A stretch of DNA of 63,798 bases, counting the filler, from Nemertoderma westbladi (taxonomy: Eukaryota; Animalia; Xenacoelomorpha): assembly GCA_032718475.1 (NCBI GenBank). It is 4 parts of 4 records of this genome, joined end to end, with 100 filler letters (N's around TTAATTAATTAA, not from the genome) between each part and the next. Parts side by side here need not be neighbours in the genome. Positions count along the whole stretch, not along the records: positions 22,368 to 38,688 come from JAUCBJ010008914.1; 3 more parts are not named here. One strand, written 5' to 3'. The notes under the pieces were generated by a model, which was not told the origin of the DNA, did no database searches, and saw only the letters and a program-made list of their open reading frames with translations. Of the stretch, positions 24,716-36,304 are shown one piece after another (positions within the stretch are counted from its first letter, which is position 1; every line of letters begins with the position of its first letter). Both the position numbers and the translations under genes were made by a program.

Positions 24716-25015
24716 TGTTCGCGCTTTCAGACCTTTGGCAGTTTAACCCACCAAATTAAGATGTCTTCTAGATATTAAATCAGTTTTTAGTCTATGACAA
24801 GTATTTGATTCACTACACTAGTCGAAACCAATCCGTGCGCGACCATTCACCCGCTGGAGATTCCCGGGAGATTGGGTTCGACGGTTTAATTTTATTGCTA
24901 TGTAAGCCTAATGTATTATTCGACTGACAGTATTATATAATCTCTGACAATATTATTCACCTTCGGGAATATTAACAGTTCCTTTAGGACGTGGCGCTTT
25001 ATCTATATAAACAGA
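24716..25015 (-). repeat. Dispersed non-coding repeat; diverged inverted copy at about 59120-59455
   Basis: Shared blocks AATATTAACAGTTCCTTTAGGACGTGGCGCTTTATCTA, GTTCGCGCTTT...AGACCTTT.GCAGTTTAACC and TGTCTTCTAG. Confidence 0.75.
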
Positions 25016-25925
25016 GTTATGACTTAAACCACTCACAACGATATGGCTTAATTATAATTCACATATATGGCGCATTCTTTAGGAATGCTTCTTTAACAGA
25101 CTCACTCATACACAATGCTGCACAATACTGCACACTAATCTGCCGATCTTCACTGATTTTAGTCACATATATAAGGAACACAGACTGGCTCATGTAGGGT
25201 CTATCAAATAACATTAGATTCACTTCAAACCACTTTAACATAAGTCACAATCGTTTATCTGTAACCCTTCTCTCTTACCTTCGGTATATCAAGAACATTG
25301 GGTTTCGGGGTTGTTTATCGTTATTCCAAATATAATTATTCATCAACCATATTATGAAGAACTGACGGTAAATAGCAGTATAACAATATAAAGGTATGCA
25401 CAATGTTACACAGTATGCAGTGTATGCAGTACTGCAGTATGCAGACATCAGTCATCAGTATGCAGTGATTCCATGAGTCAGGTAGGTGCGTTAAAGGATA
25501 TATGCCCTTTATAATTAAACCTACTAGTGTAAGACTAAAAACTAAAACACGGAGGTGCCAAAGCCGGTTCTTAGGCTCTGGACAAAAACATAACACTGAA
25601 CTACTGAGTTTCTGTATATACCTCCAACACAGAGATCACAAACGCTCTGATTGGTCAACATGAACAACGAGAGAACAGAGAAACAAAGAAACGTCGACGT
25701 GGCAATATCAGCTGCTAGCCGTCGTCATGGTAGCGACACTGTTTTCAAGAGTATCGAGCTTTTACGTCACGGAATTACGGATTATGTCCTCTAAAGTACA
25801 AATACAGAAGAAATAGCTTTTATGTCCGCTAAAACACCAGTACAGCAAGGACACGGCCTTTTTATGCCTGGTAAACCAACTACAGAGTACTTTACGGGAA
25901 AAATAAGGAAAAATAACCGGACAAT

Positions 25926-26170
25926 TCAGTAAAAGCTTTTACAGAAACGGATCAAAATGGGGCGCTTCCTTGAGTTATCACCTTGGTCTGAAGGGGATTT
26001 TTGCCTGATACGATGAAATACATCAACTAAATGGAAGGGTATTCCGAGTTTACCAACTAAGTCTTCGATTGTAACTCGTGCTTCGTTGTGCGATGACTCC
26101 ATCTGGTACACCATGTATCAGAATGTTCGTACGTCTGATGTACTGTTCTAAATTGTCGTTTTGTCTTTTT
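25926..26170 (-). pseudogene. LINE ORF1p fragment (CR1/L2/L1-type RRM-like region)
   Basis: DNLEQYIRRTNILIHGVPD, then after a frameshift VFHRI...KRPILIRF. Confidence 0.65.
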
Positions 26171-27164
26171 AAGGCCGCATTTTCTTTGTGTAGCTCGGCA
26201 ACATCCGCTACGACAGTACAAGACTAGGGATGCACTCGGTGTTGTCGAGTTTCGCAGTTGTGTCTGTATATCATCTAGCAGGTGTCTAGGCAATCCAGCT
26301 TGTCGAGAATGTCTTGATTGTTCACAGGCATGATTTTAAGTTTTGCTTTGTCGTATTAATTTATCCTGATTTACTAAGTCTGGATGTGCGTAAAAAAAAA
26401 TAGTAGATGGGGCCTACGGCAGTAGCCTAATTCAGTAACACTAGCAGTTCATAGTTCACAGTTCCAGATATCAGTTCTATATGATATGCCTCACCCCACA
26501 TGCGTTTTGAGTCTGCCAATTCGATGGCGCTATGTCCAAACAAGTTGGTTTCAATAAGTTTGGTCTAAGTTTGAGGGAGTGGCGTTTTTAGTGAAATTTT
26601 TAATTCCACCGCCAGCCACTAGGGGGAGGCAATAAATATTCCAATTTTTGTAGAGGCCATTTTATTGGTCTTCAATGGAGTGGTTGTCCTGTAAAAAAAT
26701 TGGTTATAGTAGTAACCTCTAAGCTCTAACCCTAATTGACAGGCATTTTAAAAAATGATTCCCCCTCTCAAAGGAAAGGAGCAGGTTACATTATTGGAGG
26801 TCGGCGGTGTTTTCGAACAAAAACAATAAACGAAACTTTATTTTACTTGCGGTCAATTTGCACTGGAGATCATTTTGCGGTTAATTAGCACCACTATCTG
26901 CTTTTTATTAACATTAGGCACAATGTATGACTAATCCCATCACATGCGTCCTTTTTTGACCGGGCAGTGTCCTAATGTACATATTTTTGGTAATTTTAAT
27001 GAAATTAAATTATTCGAGGTTAAAGCCTCGAATAGTTCCTATAATAAATGAATAAAGACACATTTAATAACAAGTTTGAAAAACTTACTTACTTAAAATC
27101 TCACACAGAAACCTCATAACTAATTAGAATATGTGACCCCTTATGCCGCTATAAATATTTGCAT

Positions 27165-27410
27165 TGAATGTGGTTGCATTGAATTCACATCTCCCGTAGG
27201 TCGTGGGTTCGATCCTCACAAGGGCCAGGGCAGTTTTCGTTTCGGCACGAATGCTTTAAAGGGACCAGCCAGGGCGCATCTCTGCCTTGCATCCTTAAGT
27301 GGTAGCTAAATAAGTACTGGAGTTTCCTCTGGGGAGTAAAGTTCTGGGGGGACCGCACTGGAAATAAGTCGTTAGACTTTGTGCGTAATCCCTGGCCTAA
27401 CGGCCGAAGA
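27165..27410 (+). mobile_element. tRNA-derived SINE
   Basis: B-box GGTTCGATCC; core CCTTGCATCCTTAAGTGGTAGCTAAATAAGTAC; closely similar to 57890-58095. Confidence 0.7.
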
Positions 27411-27652
27411 AAATTTACTTTTTTTATTTAAATTAATGTGTTAATTTCAATGAATCTTTTCAATGTTATTATTATTGACAATGTTTCTGCGTTGCCCCGA
27501 CTAATTATAATGCTGATAATGTCCGAAATGACGTAAGGTAATTAATTAATTTTAATTAGGTAATTTAAATTTTACATGCTGTTGTATTGCAGACACCTTC
27601 ACTCGTTGAGTCCCTGTAGAATTTCCAATTTCGTCACGTAAACCATAACTTG

Positions 27653-30265
27653 TTAGTAGCGAATCTCCGACAGATATCGCTTAATGTCGTCAACATTTCC
27701 GGATAACCATCGAGAGCGAATACCGATAGATTCGATAACCTGGTTGACTACGCGTTGCACCACTGGAGTGGGGTGCGACTTGAAGAAATTCTTCAAGGTC
27801 AAACATTTCTCGTTGGATGAGAAACTACCAAAAGCTACCTTAATGATACCACCCATTAAGAAACCCTGACCAAAACGACTGAATATATCATCCCATCTGT
27901 CCATAACAAATCGACTAAGGGCATCCTGGTGTCGTTCGCTGCCCTTGGAACAGCCCGCCAGCCCAGAAGGAACGTCTTGATTACGAACATCGGGACTAAG
28001 CATATAACTCAATACATCAGCAAATAGATCCAAATCATCAGCGGCTCCAACACTAAGTAAAGCCCTAATCTTCTCCTCGGCACTTTCTACCTCTTTATAT
28101 AAAGATATACAGTCGTCTATTTCCTTTTTACCTCCGTGTTTAACGGCGGTCCGCATTATAGCTGACTGCAGACCAACATCAATAGACGCCTCCTTCTTAC
28201 AATGCTGAATAAAGGCAACCTTCGCTTTTTCAACCACATCTGGATGGCCGCATCCTCCCAACACAGAGATAACATCAGCTCGCAGCATTGCAGTCTCCAA
28301 AGATTCCCCTTCGGTAGCAGTGAAACCGACTTTACTATATATTTTACTCAAGACGGTTAATTTAAATTTATTAAAACTTTGAATTAAAGCGGAATCGCCG
28401 CAGAACTTTAGGACAGAAGATAATTCCCCGACGTTGGCGAGAAGATCCGTCCACACGTGGGTGTTGTCCTGGTCGTCGTAAGCTGTCATCAACTCTAGGA
28501 ATCGGGAAGTCGGTATTCGGCCGGCCTTAGCCAATGCGAAAATGTCGTTCTGGATGTTCATACGATCGGCCACCGACAACCCCGAGTCGGGAGAACGAAC
28601 GGCCGCAAGAAGCGACTCAAAGTCAGTCGCATTCTCGTACATAACGCGGTAGAAACCGACACAGTCGACATTTAATTTAATCCAGGAAACATCCGACGGT
28701 ATCGGGACACTGAATTCGCTTGTCTTCATAAGCTTCTTAAGTATTTCTCCGTTGCTGCAACGTATTGATAAAGGAATATTCCAAACTGTAGATTCTTCTT
28801 CATCTTTAGTATTTTGGTTTAAGGAAAATCGTTGTTGTTTTAAATTGACTTGGTTTTTCTCCCTATCAATTCCGACAGTAACCACAGGGTATCCCTTTAT
28901 TGTAGTCCAACAATCCATTACCTCTTTAACTGACGTTCCACAATCTTTATCTAAGCTCTTCCAAAGATCGTCAGTAATCGCATTCGAGTATTGATGTTTC
29001 TTTATGTAGGACTGCAATCCATTTTTGAAATCCGTTTCTCCTAAGTATTCGTTCAACATACGAATAACCACAGCGCCTTTATTGTAAGTTATCGCATCGA
29101 ATATTTCATCAATTTCGTCCGGGTGGTTTATAGGAACCTGGATGGGATGACTGTTAGCCAGAGAATCCAGAGTAAGTCCGAGCGATAGCTTGTCTGTTTG
29201 GAACATACTCCAGGGGCTATACTCCGGGTAGAAGTGGTTGCCAGCAAGGAAACCGATCCAGGTAGCGAAACCTTCGTTCAGCCACAAGTCGGACCACCAC
29301 TCCATGGTGACCAGGTTCCCAAACCACTGGTGCGCCAATTCGTGCGCTACTATGTAAGCCGCATAGCTCTTCACTGGAATAGACGACTTCAGTGGGTCTA
29401 TCAGCAATCGAATCTCGCGATATGTTATGAGGCCCCAATTCTCCATCGCCCCGCAGGCAAAATCTGGGATCGCGATCAGATCCAACTTACTCAATGGGTA
29501 TTTCGATCCGAAATAATCCGCGTAGAATGGAAGGAACTGACACGCTGCGTTCAACGCAAACTCACCCTGTTCGCTGCGCCCAGGCTGGGTATAAACTCTA
29601 ATCTCCACACCATTTGAGTCATTTCGAGATATAAACTCGAAGTCACCGACAATAAACGCGACCAGATAAGTGGACATTATGGGAGTGCGATGGAATGTTA
29701 GCACTCGTCTATCGTCATAGCTATGCTCCGCCTTTACAGGCATGTTGGATAACGCCACGTCATCCTTGGGTACATCGAGGGTGATATCGAAAGTTGCCTT
29801 GGCAGCGGGGTCGTCCCAACATGGGAACGCTCTCCGGGCATCGATTGGTTCGAACTGAGTGACTGCGATGTACCGACTCTCCTTGCCATGGGATCCCTCG
29901 CATTTACTTCGATAAAATCCTTTCAATAAGTCGTTTAGAATTCCTGAAAATTCGATGGTTATTGAACCAAGACCGGCAGGAAGATAATCCGCGAAACATA
30001 ATGTAACTATTTGCTTATTAGTATCGAAAGAAGGATCGCTACTAAGGGAAATCGTGGTATCGCCTTGGCCAAACCAGCACTTTAATATATTGAGGTCGAG
30101 GCTGTTAAGAATGATTTTATTGGTGGCGTTAATGACATTGACTTCAATACAAACATTTCCAGTGAATGTGCAGTTAATGAGATCCGGTTTGAGTTCAAGC
30201 CGATAGTTGATAGGTTTGACATCGATAGGTAAATGTCTATATGACGATGGAGATTCCCCCGCCAT
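27653..30265 (-). CDS. NPEPPS: Puromycin-sensitive aminopeptidase (M1 family), single-exon CDS
   Basis: 870 aa; TQFEPIDARRAFPCWD, GAMENWGL, HELAHQWFGNLVTMEWWSDLWLNEGF (HEXXH-x18-E), FDAITYNKG; no N-terminal TM anchor, so cytosolic type. Confidence 0.9.
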   Translation of the reverse strand: MAGESPSSYRHLPIDVKPINYRLELKPDLINCTFTGNVCIEVNVINATNKIILNSLDLNILKCWFGQGDTTISLSSDPSFDTNKQIVTLCFADYLPAGLGSITIEFSGILNDLLKGFYRSKCEGSHGKESRYIAVTQFEPIDARRAFPCWDDPAAKATFDITLDVPKDDVALSNMPVKAEHSYDDRRVLTFHRTPIMSTYLVAFIVGDFEFISRNDSNGVEIRVYTQPGRSEQGEFALNAACQFLPFYADYFGSKYPLSKLDLIAIPDFACGAMENWGLITYREIRLLIDPLKSSIPVKSYAAYIVAHELAHQWFGNLVTMEWWSDLWLNEGFATWIGFLAGNHFYPEYSPWSMFQTDKLSLGLTLDSLANSHPIQVPINHPDEIDEIFDAITYNKGAVVIRMLNEYLGETDFKNGLQSYIKKHQYSNAITDDLWKSLDKDCGTSVKEVMDCWTTIKGYPVVTVGIDREKNQVNLKQQRFSLNQNTKDEEESTVWNIPLSIRCSNGEILKKLMKTSEFSVPIPSDVSWIKLNVDCVGFYRVMYENATDFESLLAAVRSPDSGLSVADRMNIQNDIFALAKAGRIPTSRFLELMTAYDDQDNTHVWTDLLANVGELSSVLKFCGDSALIQSFNKFKLTVLSKIYSKVGFTATEGESLETAMLRADVISVLGGCGHPDVVEKAKVAFIQHCKKEASIDVGLQSAIMRTAVKHGGKKEIDDCISLYKEVESAEEKIRALLSVGAADDLDLFADVLSYMLSPDVRNQDVPSGLAGCSKGSERHQDALSRFVMDRWDDIFSRFGQGFLMGGIIKVAFGSFSSNEKCLTLKNFFKSHPTPVVQRVVNQVIESIGIRSRWLSGNVDDIKRYLSEIRY

Positions 30266-30573
30266 AATCGAATCGTTAGTCAGTTCTTATTATAAGTTTT
30301 CGTTCCGATATAGGCTGATAGGTCGGATATTAACGGTAGGCCTAATCAAAAAATAATAACTAAACTACAAACCAAACCATGAGTCCTTAAAAACACATTA
30401 TATTGATCTTTGAAGAATTTAAATTTCCCGCTTTAATGTAGGGTTGTCAACGACAACGAGCAGCTCAGTTTTTTAACGATCCTGGCGCAACTATACCAAA
30501 ATTGTTATAACAGGTCAGCTTTATTTGGTGCTTGGGGTGGTTTAGTAACTCTAGCAGAGCGTCGGTATTTAAT

Positions 30574-30950
30574 TACACCATGTCCCGTAATATAGTGTCA
30601 TTTTCTGATAACACGGACGGACCCCCCCCCCCCCAAAATTTTTCTATAAATCTTTATCATATTGCTTGAAATTTGAAACACAACTAGTTCCACTCACCGT
30701 CGATGACCCCATGAAGCCGGAATTTTCGATTATGCCTTTAATTTTTTTATAAGCGTTTTAAAAAAGTGTCTTTTGCGAAATTGCACCCTCCGTACCGTGG
30801 CCATTCTTCACATTAGTCGTAATTTTTTCATATCATTAGAAAGCTTGTCTTGCAAGGAAGGATTCCAAATATGTAACAATATCTGAATTTCGTTGAGAAA
30901 CAACTGAGATATAGGCGTTCAAAGATTGCAAGAATTATCGTTCGCTGCAG
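30574..30950 (+). mobile_element. Terminal segment of a MITE family (inverted copy at about 40910-41252; related ends near 11560-11750, 13800-13870, 16578-16660)
   Basis: TACACCATG...GTAATATAGTGTCATTTTCTGAT...ACGGACCCCC...GACCCCATGAAGCCGGAATTTTCGAT recurs on the opposite strand at about 41030-41252. Confidence 0.6.
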
Positions 30951-31123
30951 GCCATTTATTATACTGTATATATATGCCAATCCAATATTGTTGACAATAG
31001 TTACTACAACTGTACCCTTAATGCAACAGCCATTTTTAGCAAGTCGGAGCCACCTCCCCTTAATTTTTTTCAAATTTATAATCATATGCTACTAAATTTG
31101 GTAGTATGAAAATTCGATTAATT

Positions 31124-31700
31124 TTCTTACTGCTGGCAGAGCCGGATTTTTAAATTTCGATGTAACAAACCGTTAAAAATCGTCTATTTCGCAATATTTA
31201 GCCACCTCCATCGGTTTAATTTTTCGTCTGTGGAATGTAATCCAGATATTATTAGAACCGCCTTCATCTGCAGATTCCGAATCGGAAAACCGTTTTAAAT
31301 TTCATCTAAAATTGGTAAAATATTAATTATCAAAGTAATAAAGGTGTAAATTTTGAGACGTAAATCGGTGCATTTCTAATGATTTTTTTTATTAAATTCT
31401 AGAATATTAATTACGTGTAATGAAGAAACGAGATGGAGAGTATTAAAAGCTTAAATAAATAATAATTAATATTCCAAAATAAAGACAAATCACAAAAAAA
31501 ACATCAGAATTATAGCGATTTATGTCTCAAAATGTACGTACACCTTAGTATTTTGATTATTATTTGGCCAATTTTTGGTGAAATATAAAACGTTTTTAGA
31601 TTCGGAATCTGCAGATAAAGGCGGTTCTAATGATATCTGGATTACATTCCAAATACGAAAAATAAAGCCGACGGTGGTGGTTAAATATTGCTAAAAATGC
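31124..31700. mobile_element. Foldback/MITE, same family as 12674-13773
   Basis: Inverted arms AATATTTAGCCACC...AGAACCGCCTTCATCTGCAGATTCCGAATC and GATTCGGAATCTGCAGATAAAGGCGGTTCTAA...GGTGGTTAAATATTG. Confidence 0.65.
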
Positions 31701-31754
31701 ACTTTTTATCATATATATATTATTACCCATATTACCATAGTTATATATTACCAT

Positions 31755-34503
31755 GGTCATTTACCATAGTCCACTTTCCAATAAAGCTACAGTCTTCTAA
31801 CCTTGATCTGCCCCCCATATATCAGCATCAGCGATTCCATTGACGTCATTTGTAAACCCCGGTTGCCATGGCAACTGGTTCCAAAACGAGGTTCAAACGC
31901 CGATTTTAAGTAAATATCCGAAAAATATAAAACCATTGATTAATAATTGTTCCCAATTTTGAAAAATCATCTAACATTATAAATACATTATCCCTGAGAC
32001 CCTCTTGATTTCTAGAAGTGGACCAATTTAAATAGACTTGTGGTAGTCCTGTAACCATGGTCACAAGCCACTAAATATATTCTGCCAAATTTAATATAGT
32101 TCCGAACTATCCAAAAAAATTCAATTTTGGATCTAGTGTCTTAGATGTTGCCAAGTCCAGACAATTACTTTCCGACCATTCAAGTTTGTCTCTGTTGCCA
32201 TGGTAACCGATAACATTCGTAATGTGGAAAAATATTGAAAAAAAATATGTTCAGTTTACTTCAACTTTGATCATATGCAAATATCTTACTTCCTCATTAC
32301 ACAGTAGATGTCTATGACCACTAGCGCAGTTAATATAGTTACCATAGCAACGGGTATGTCTCATATTTATGCACTTCCGCTTTCTTATTTTTTAATATTT
32401 TCATATTTTGAAGACAATAATTTTTTTGATATGAAAAATATATATCTGGGGTCTATCATAGCTATTTTTTAATGTAAATAATTACTCATGACCATAGCAA
32501 CGGGAGATTTCCCTCTTATACACTAATTGCTAGGTGGAATTTCTCCAAATTTTGTGAAATATGAACACTGAAGTATATAGAAACATATTATGGACAAAAA
32601 TTTCAAAATTAATTTATGTTAACTTACTATACTTGCATAGCAACATAGGTTTTCCATAGCAACACATAAAGTTTTTCATGGTATTCTAAGCAAAACCAAG
32701 TTTCCTGCATGAGTATGAGATGACCCATTGGTCAATCTTATCGCTGGTACACCATATTCCTGCCTGGTAGGCAGCAGTAGGCAGGCTTTTATGTTGCATC
32801 AGTGCATCCTGGGTTGGAGGTACAGTCTCTAATGTTCTATTCTTTTGGCAAAAGTGGACCTTCCTTAATTCGTTCACATGTTGTAATTCACTGGTCTTTA
32901 AATTACCACCGTGATCCTTTCCAATACTTGACTAATATGGACCTAAGTTTTCAAACGCACTATTGATGTTATAATAGTTGAAGTGCTTGCCTGTGTCAAA
33001 TGCTACCCAAAGATGAACTCTTCGATCCAAATCTGCCAGGTGATGAAACTTCCCGATTAAAAGAACCAGTACATCAGTATCTACAGTTCGAACCAAACAA
33101 TTTGTATGACCATTGGTAATAGCATCCTGTAAATGGATAACAAGCCTGGTGTCAGCTTCCTCATGGTCACAGCTTGGCATTGAATGGGTGGATCCCGAAT
33201 AACAGTTGCTTCACCAGATGTGATGACAATTTCTTTAACTTCGGGAGGGATGCAAAATTCCTCGTAGCTATGCAAAAATCGCTGATGCTAAGGATGAATT
33301 GCCTCCCATATGCAACACTCTAATAAAAAAACTGTTATTTCTGTCAAAAACGCTCCGTTTCTAAGATATGTTCCAGGTTACTATGGTAAATTCGTCGTTG
33401 CTATGTAAAACTTACCGTTGCTATGCAAAACCCGTCGTTGCTATGGAAACCATTATACTGATGCAGGAAACATGTTTTTGCTTAGAATACCATGAAAAAG
33501 TTAATTGTTGCTATGGAAAACTTATGTTGCTATGCAAGTATAGTTAGTAAACATAAATTAATTTTGAAATTTTTGTCCATAATATGTTTCTATTTACTTC
33601 AGTGTTCATATTATACAAAATTTGGAGAAATTCCACCTAGCAATTAGTGTAAAATAGGGAAATCTTCCGTTGCTATGGTCATGAGTAATTATTTACATTT
33701 AAAAAATAGCTATGATAGACCCCAGATATATATTTTTCAAATCAAGAAAATTATTACCTTCTAAATATTATAATAAGAAAAAATAAGAAAGCGGAAGTAC
33801 ATAAATAATGAAACATACCCGTTGCTATGGTACTGTAATTATATTGACTGTGCTACAGGTCATAGACCTCTACTATGTAATGAGGAACTAAGGTATGTGC
33901 ATATGATCTAAGTTGAAGTAAACTGAATATGTTATTATCAATATTTCTTCCACATTCCAAATGTTATCGGTTACCATGGCAACAGAGGCAAACTTGAAAG
34001 GTCGGAAAGTAATTGTCTGGACTTGGCAACATCTAAGACACTAGATCCAAAATTGAATTTTTTTTAGATAGTTCGGAACTATATTAAATTTGGCAGAATA
34101 TATTTAGTGACTTGTGACCATGGTTACAGGACTACCAAAGGTCCATTTAAATTGGTCCACTTCTAGAAATCAACAGGGTCTCAGGGATAATATATTTATA
34201 ATGTTAGATGATTTTTCCAAATGTGTAACAATTATTAATCAATGGTTTTATATTTTTTCGGATATTTACTGAAAATCGGCGTTTGAAACTCATTTTTGAA
34301 ACGGTTGCCATGGCAACTGTTTCAAAAACGAGTTTCAAACGCCGATTTTCACGCGGGTTTTACAAATGACGTCAACGGAATCTCTGCTGCTGATATGTGG
34401 GGGGTAGGCAAGGTGTACTAAATAAGTTATTTAGTACACCTTGGGGGTCGGTCAAGGTTAGAAAACTGTAGCTTTATTGGAAAGCGGACTTTTGTAAATG
34501 ACC
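31755..34503. mobile_element. Internally deleted DNA element with TIRs of about 950 bp and a nuclease-gene remnant
   Basis: 31755-32700 is mirrored by 33475-34503 (GGTCATTTAC.A.AGTCC.CTTTCCAATAAAGCTACAG ends); the core holds broken minus-strand ORFs. Confidence 0.85.
32686..33270 (-). pseudogene. Fragment of a transposon-borne XPG/FEN1-like (PIN-fold) protein
   Basis: CDHEEADTRLVIH...VRTVDTDVLVLL...LWVAF and NELR...F...VPPTQDALMQH...AAYQAGIW, motifs typical of a widespread metazoan TE protein family; frameshifts and deletion present. Confidence 0.6.
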
Positions 34504-36304
34504 TCCTGTTGTCATGATAATATGGGACCGATTCCTTAAAAAATTAAAGGTATGGTATTTATCTACTCCTGTGCCAATTATGGGAAGTTTGTCCAGAACG
34601 TCCACATTAACTTGTTAAGCGACCTAGGTAACTTGTTAATGCTAATCCGAAAAATTACGCAGATTGAAAATTAGGGAAGGGCTATGCCATACGCCGTATG
34701 CCTTGCCTAATTTGTATAACCCAAGGCGTTGGTACAGTATAACCTTTTAGAGTAATAAGTGGTACTGTACCGGTACGAGAGTTCTATTGAGACTAGGAGT
34801 AGCTCAATATCCCGCGTCTAAATAACCCCCCCCCCCCCCCCCCCCCCCTAAATTTGGCCCCATACTACCAATACCACATAACTGTAAATAAACAAGGCCA
34901 ACATGTTCAAACAGAAATGTATCAAAGTACAACAATACATCCATCAGCATATCATCTTATTGGCTGATTCAAAACAATTCATTGGCCTAAAAACTGCTGA
35001 TGATACTGCAAGATGATCCACATTCGTTATCTATTCCTAATGTTTGCAAGACTTAATTACATGCTACTGTACGATTGTCTTATCACACGTATAACAACAC
35101 CATGTCATGGAATTGTGTATTTATCTTGGTACATGGACCCCCCCCCCCCCCCCCCCCCCCCCCTCCAAAAAAATGACATTGCATGGAATTTGAAATATAG
35201 ATAGATTTTCCTAACTCCTGCGTGGGAGAGTTAACATATTTATTTTTGCTCTCGTATTTAGTTCATTTTTCTGTTTTATTCATAAAACGTATAGGGATTC
35301 TTTGGTACTGATGGAAAGCGCTATGGCCATGCAAGGATTCCAAATTTGAATTTCGTCGTAATATAGCTGAGATACGGGCTTTCAAAAGTACCATGGTTTT
35401 GCACCTCCGCGAGACTATTTTACTCTATTTAATAAATACATTATATTCTGGAACATATTGATAGTATGATTAAAGAGGTATTGCATATATGCCTAGTATG
35501 GGATAAACAAAATGTTCCAGAATAATATGTTGTATTTATTAAATAGAATAAATAGCCTCGCGCAGTGCAAAACCTATGCAACTTCTGAACGCTTATATCT
35601 CAGCTATTCTATGACGAAATTTAGATTGTGTTACACATTTGGAATCCTTACATGACCAGCGTTTAGGTATAACTGCTGCACAACTGGTGCAATATCGACA
35701 GAGACACCTTTTTTTAAACGATCGTAGATAAAATTGAGTCCAAAAATTTCATTCCATGTACCAGTACCAGAATAACGACATTGTATTCCTGGACATGGCT
35801 ACGGTACTCTACAGCAGCATCACCACCCCTAACTACGGTGGCTGATTGAGGCCATACTTACTAACTGTATTTCTACGGTAATACCTCCGCCTATATTTTT
35901 CGTTTTTCGAATATACTGTAATTTAGAAACGAAATTGCACCATTATTAGCATAGTCAATGCAAACATTTGGTAAGGCCTACTTTGGTAATTACAGTATTA
36001 TAGGCCATTATTGATACTTTATTGTCTTGGTTTAATCTGGTTAGTTCGTTTTTTTCTGCACGTTATCAATACTGGAAATTAACATATTATCAAGGGGTGA
36101 GGGAAGGAGTGCGACTAATAAGGATATTAATTTGCTAACATTATACTACGCTGAATACCCATAGATACTGCCTCGCCAACTCGCTGAATACCAAAGGGGC
36201 GAAATAATTTCGTATTTCTAGAGAAGGAATTCGGGATGTTACTCCGCGACTCTACAGTTGAAATAAATTATTAATTGTTTTCTAAATGACTGTTCCAACT
36301 TTAT

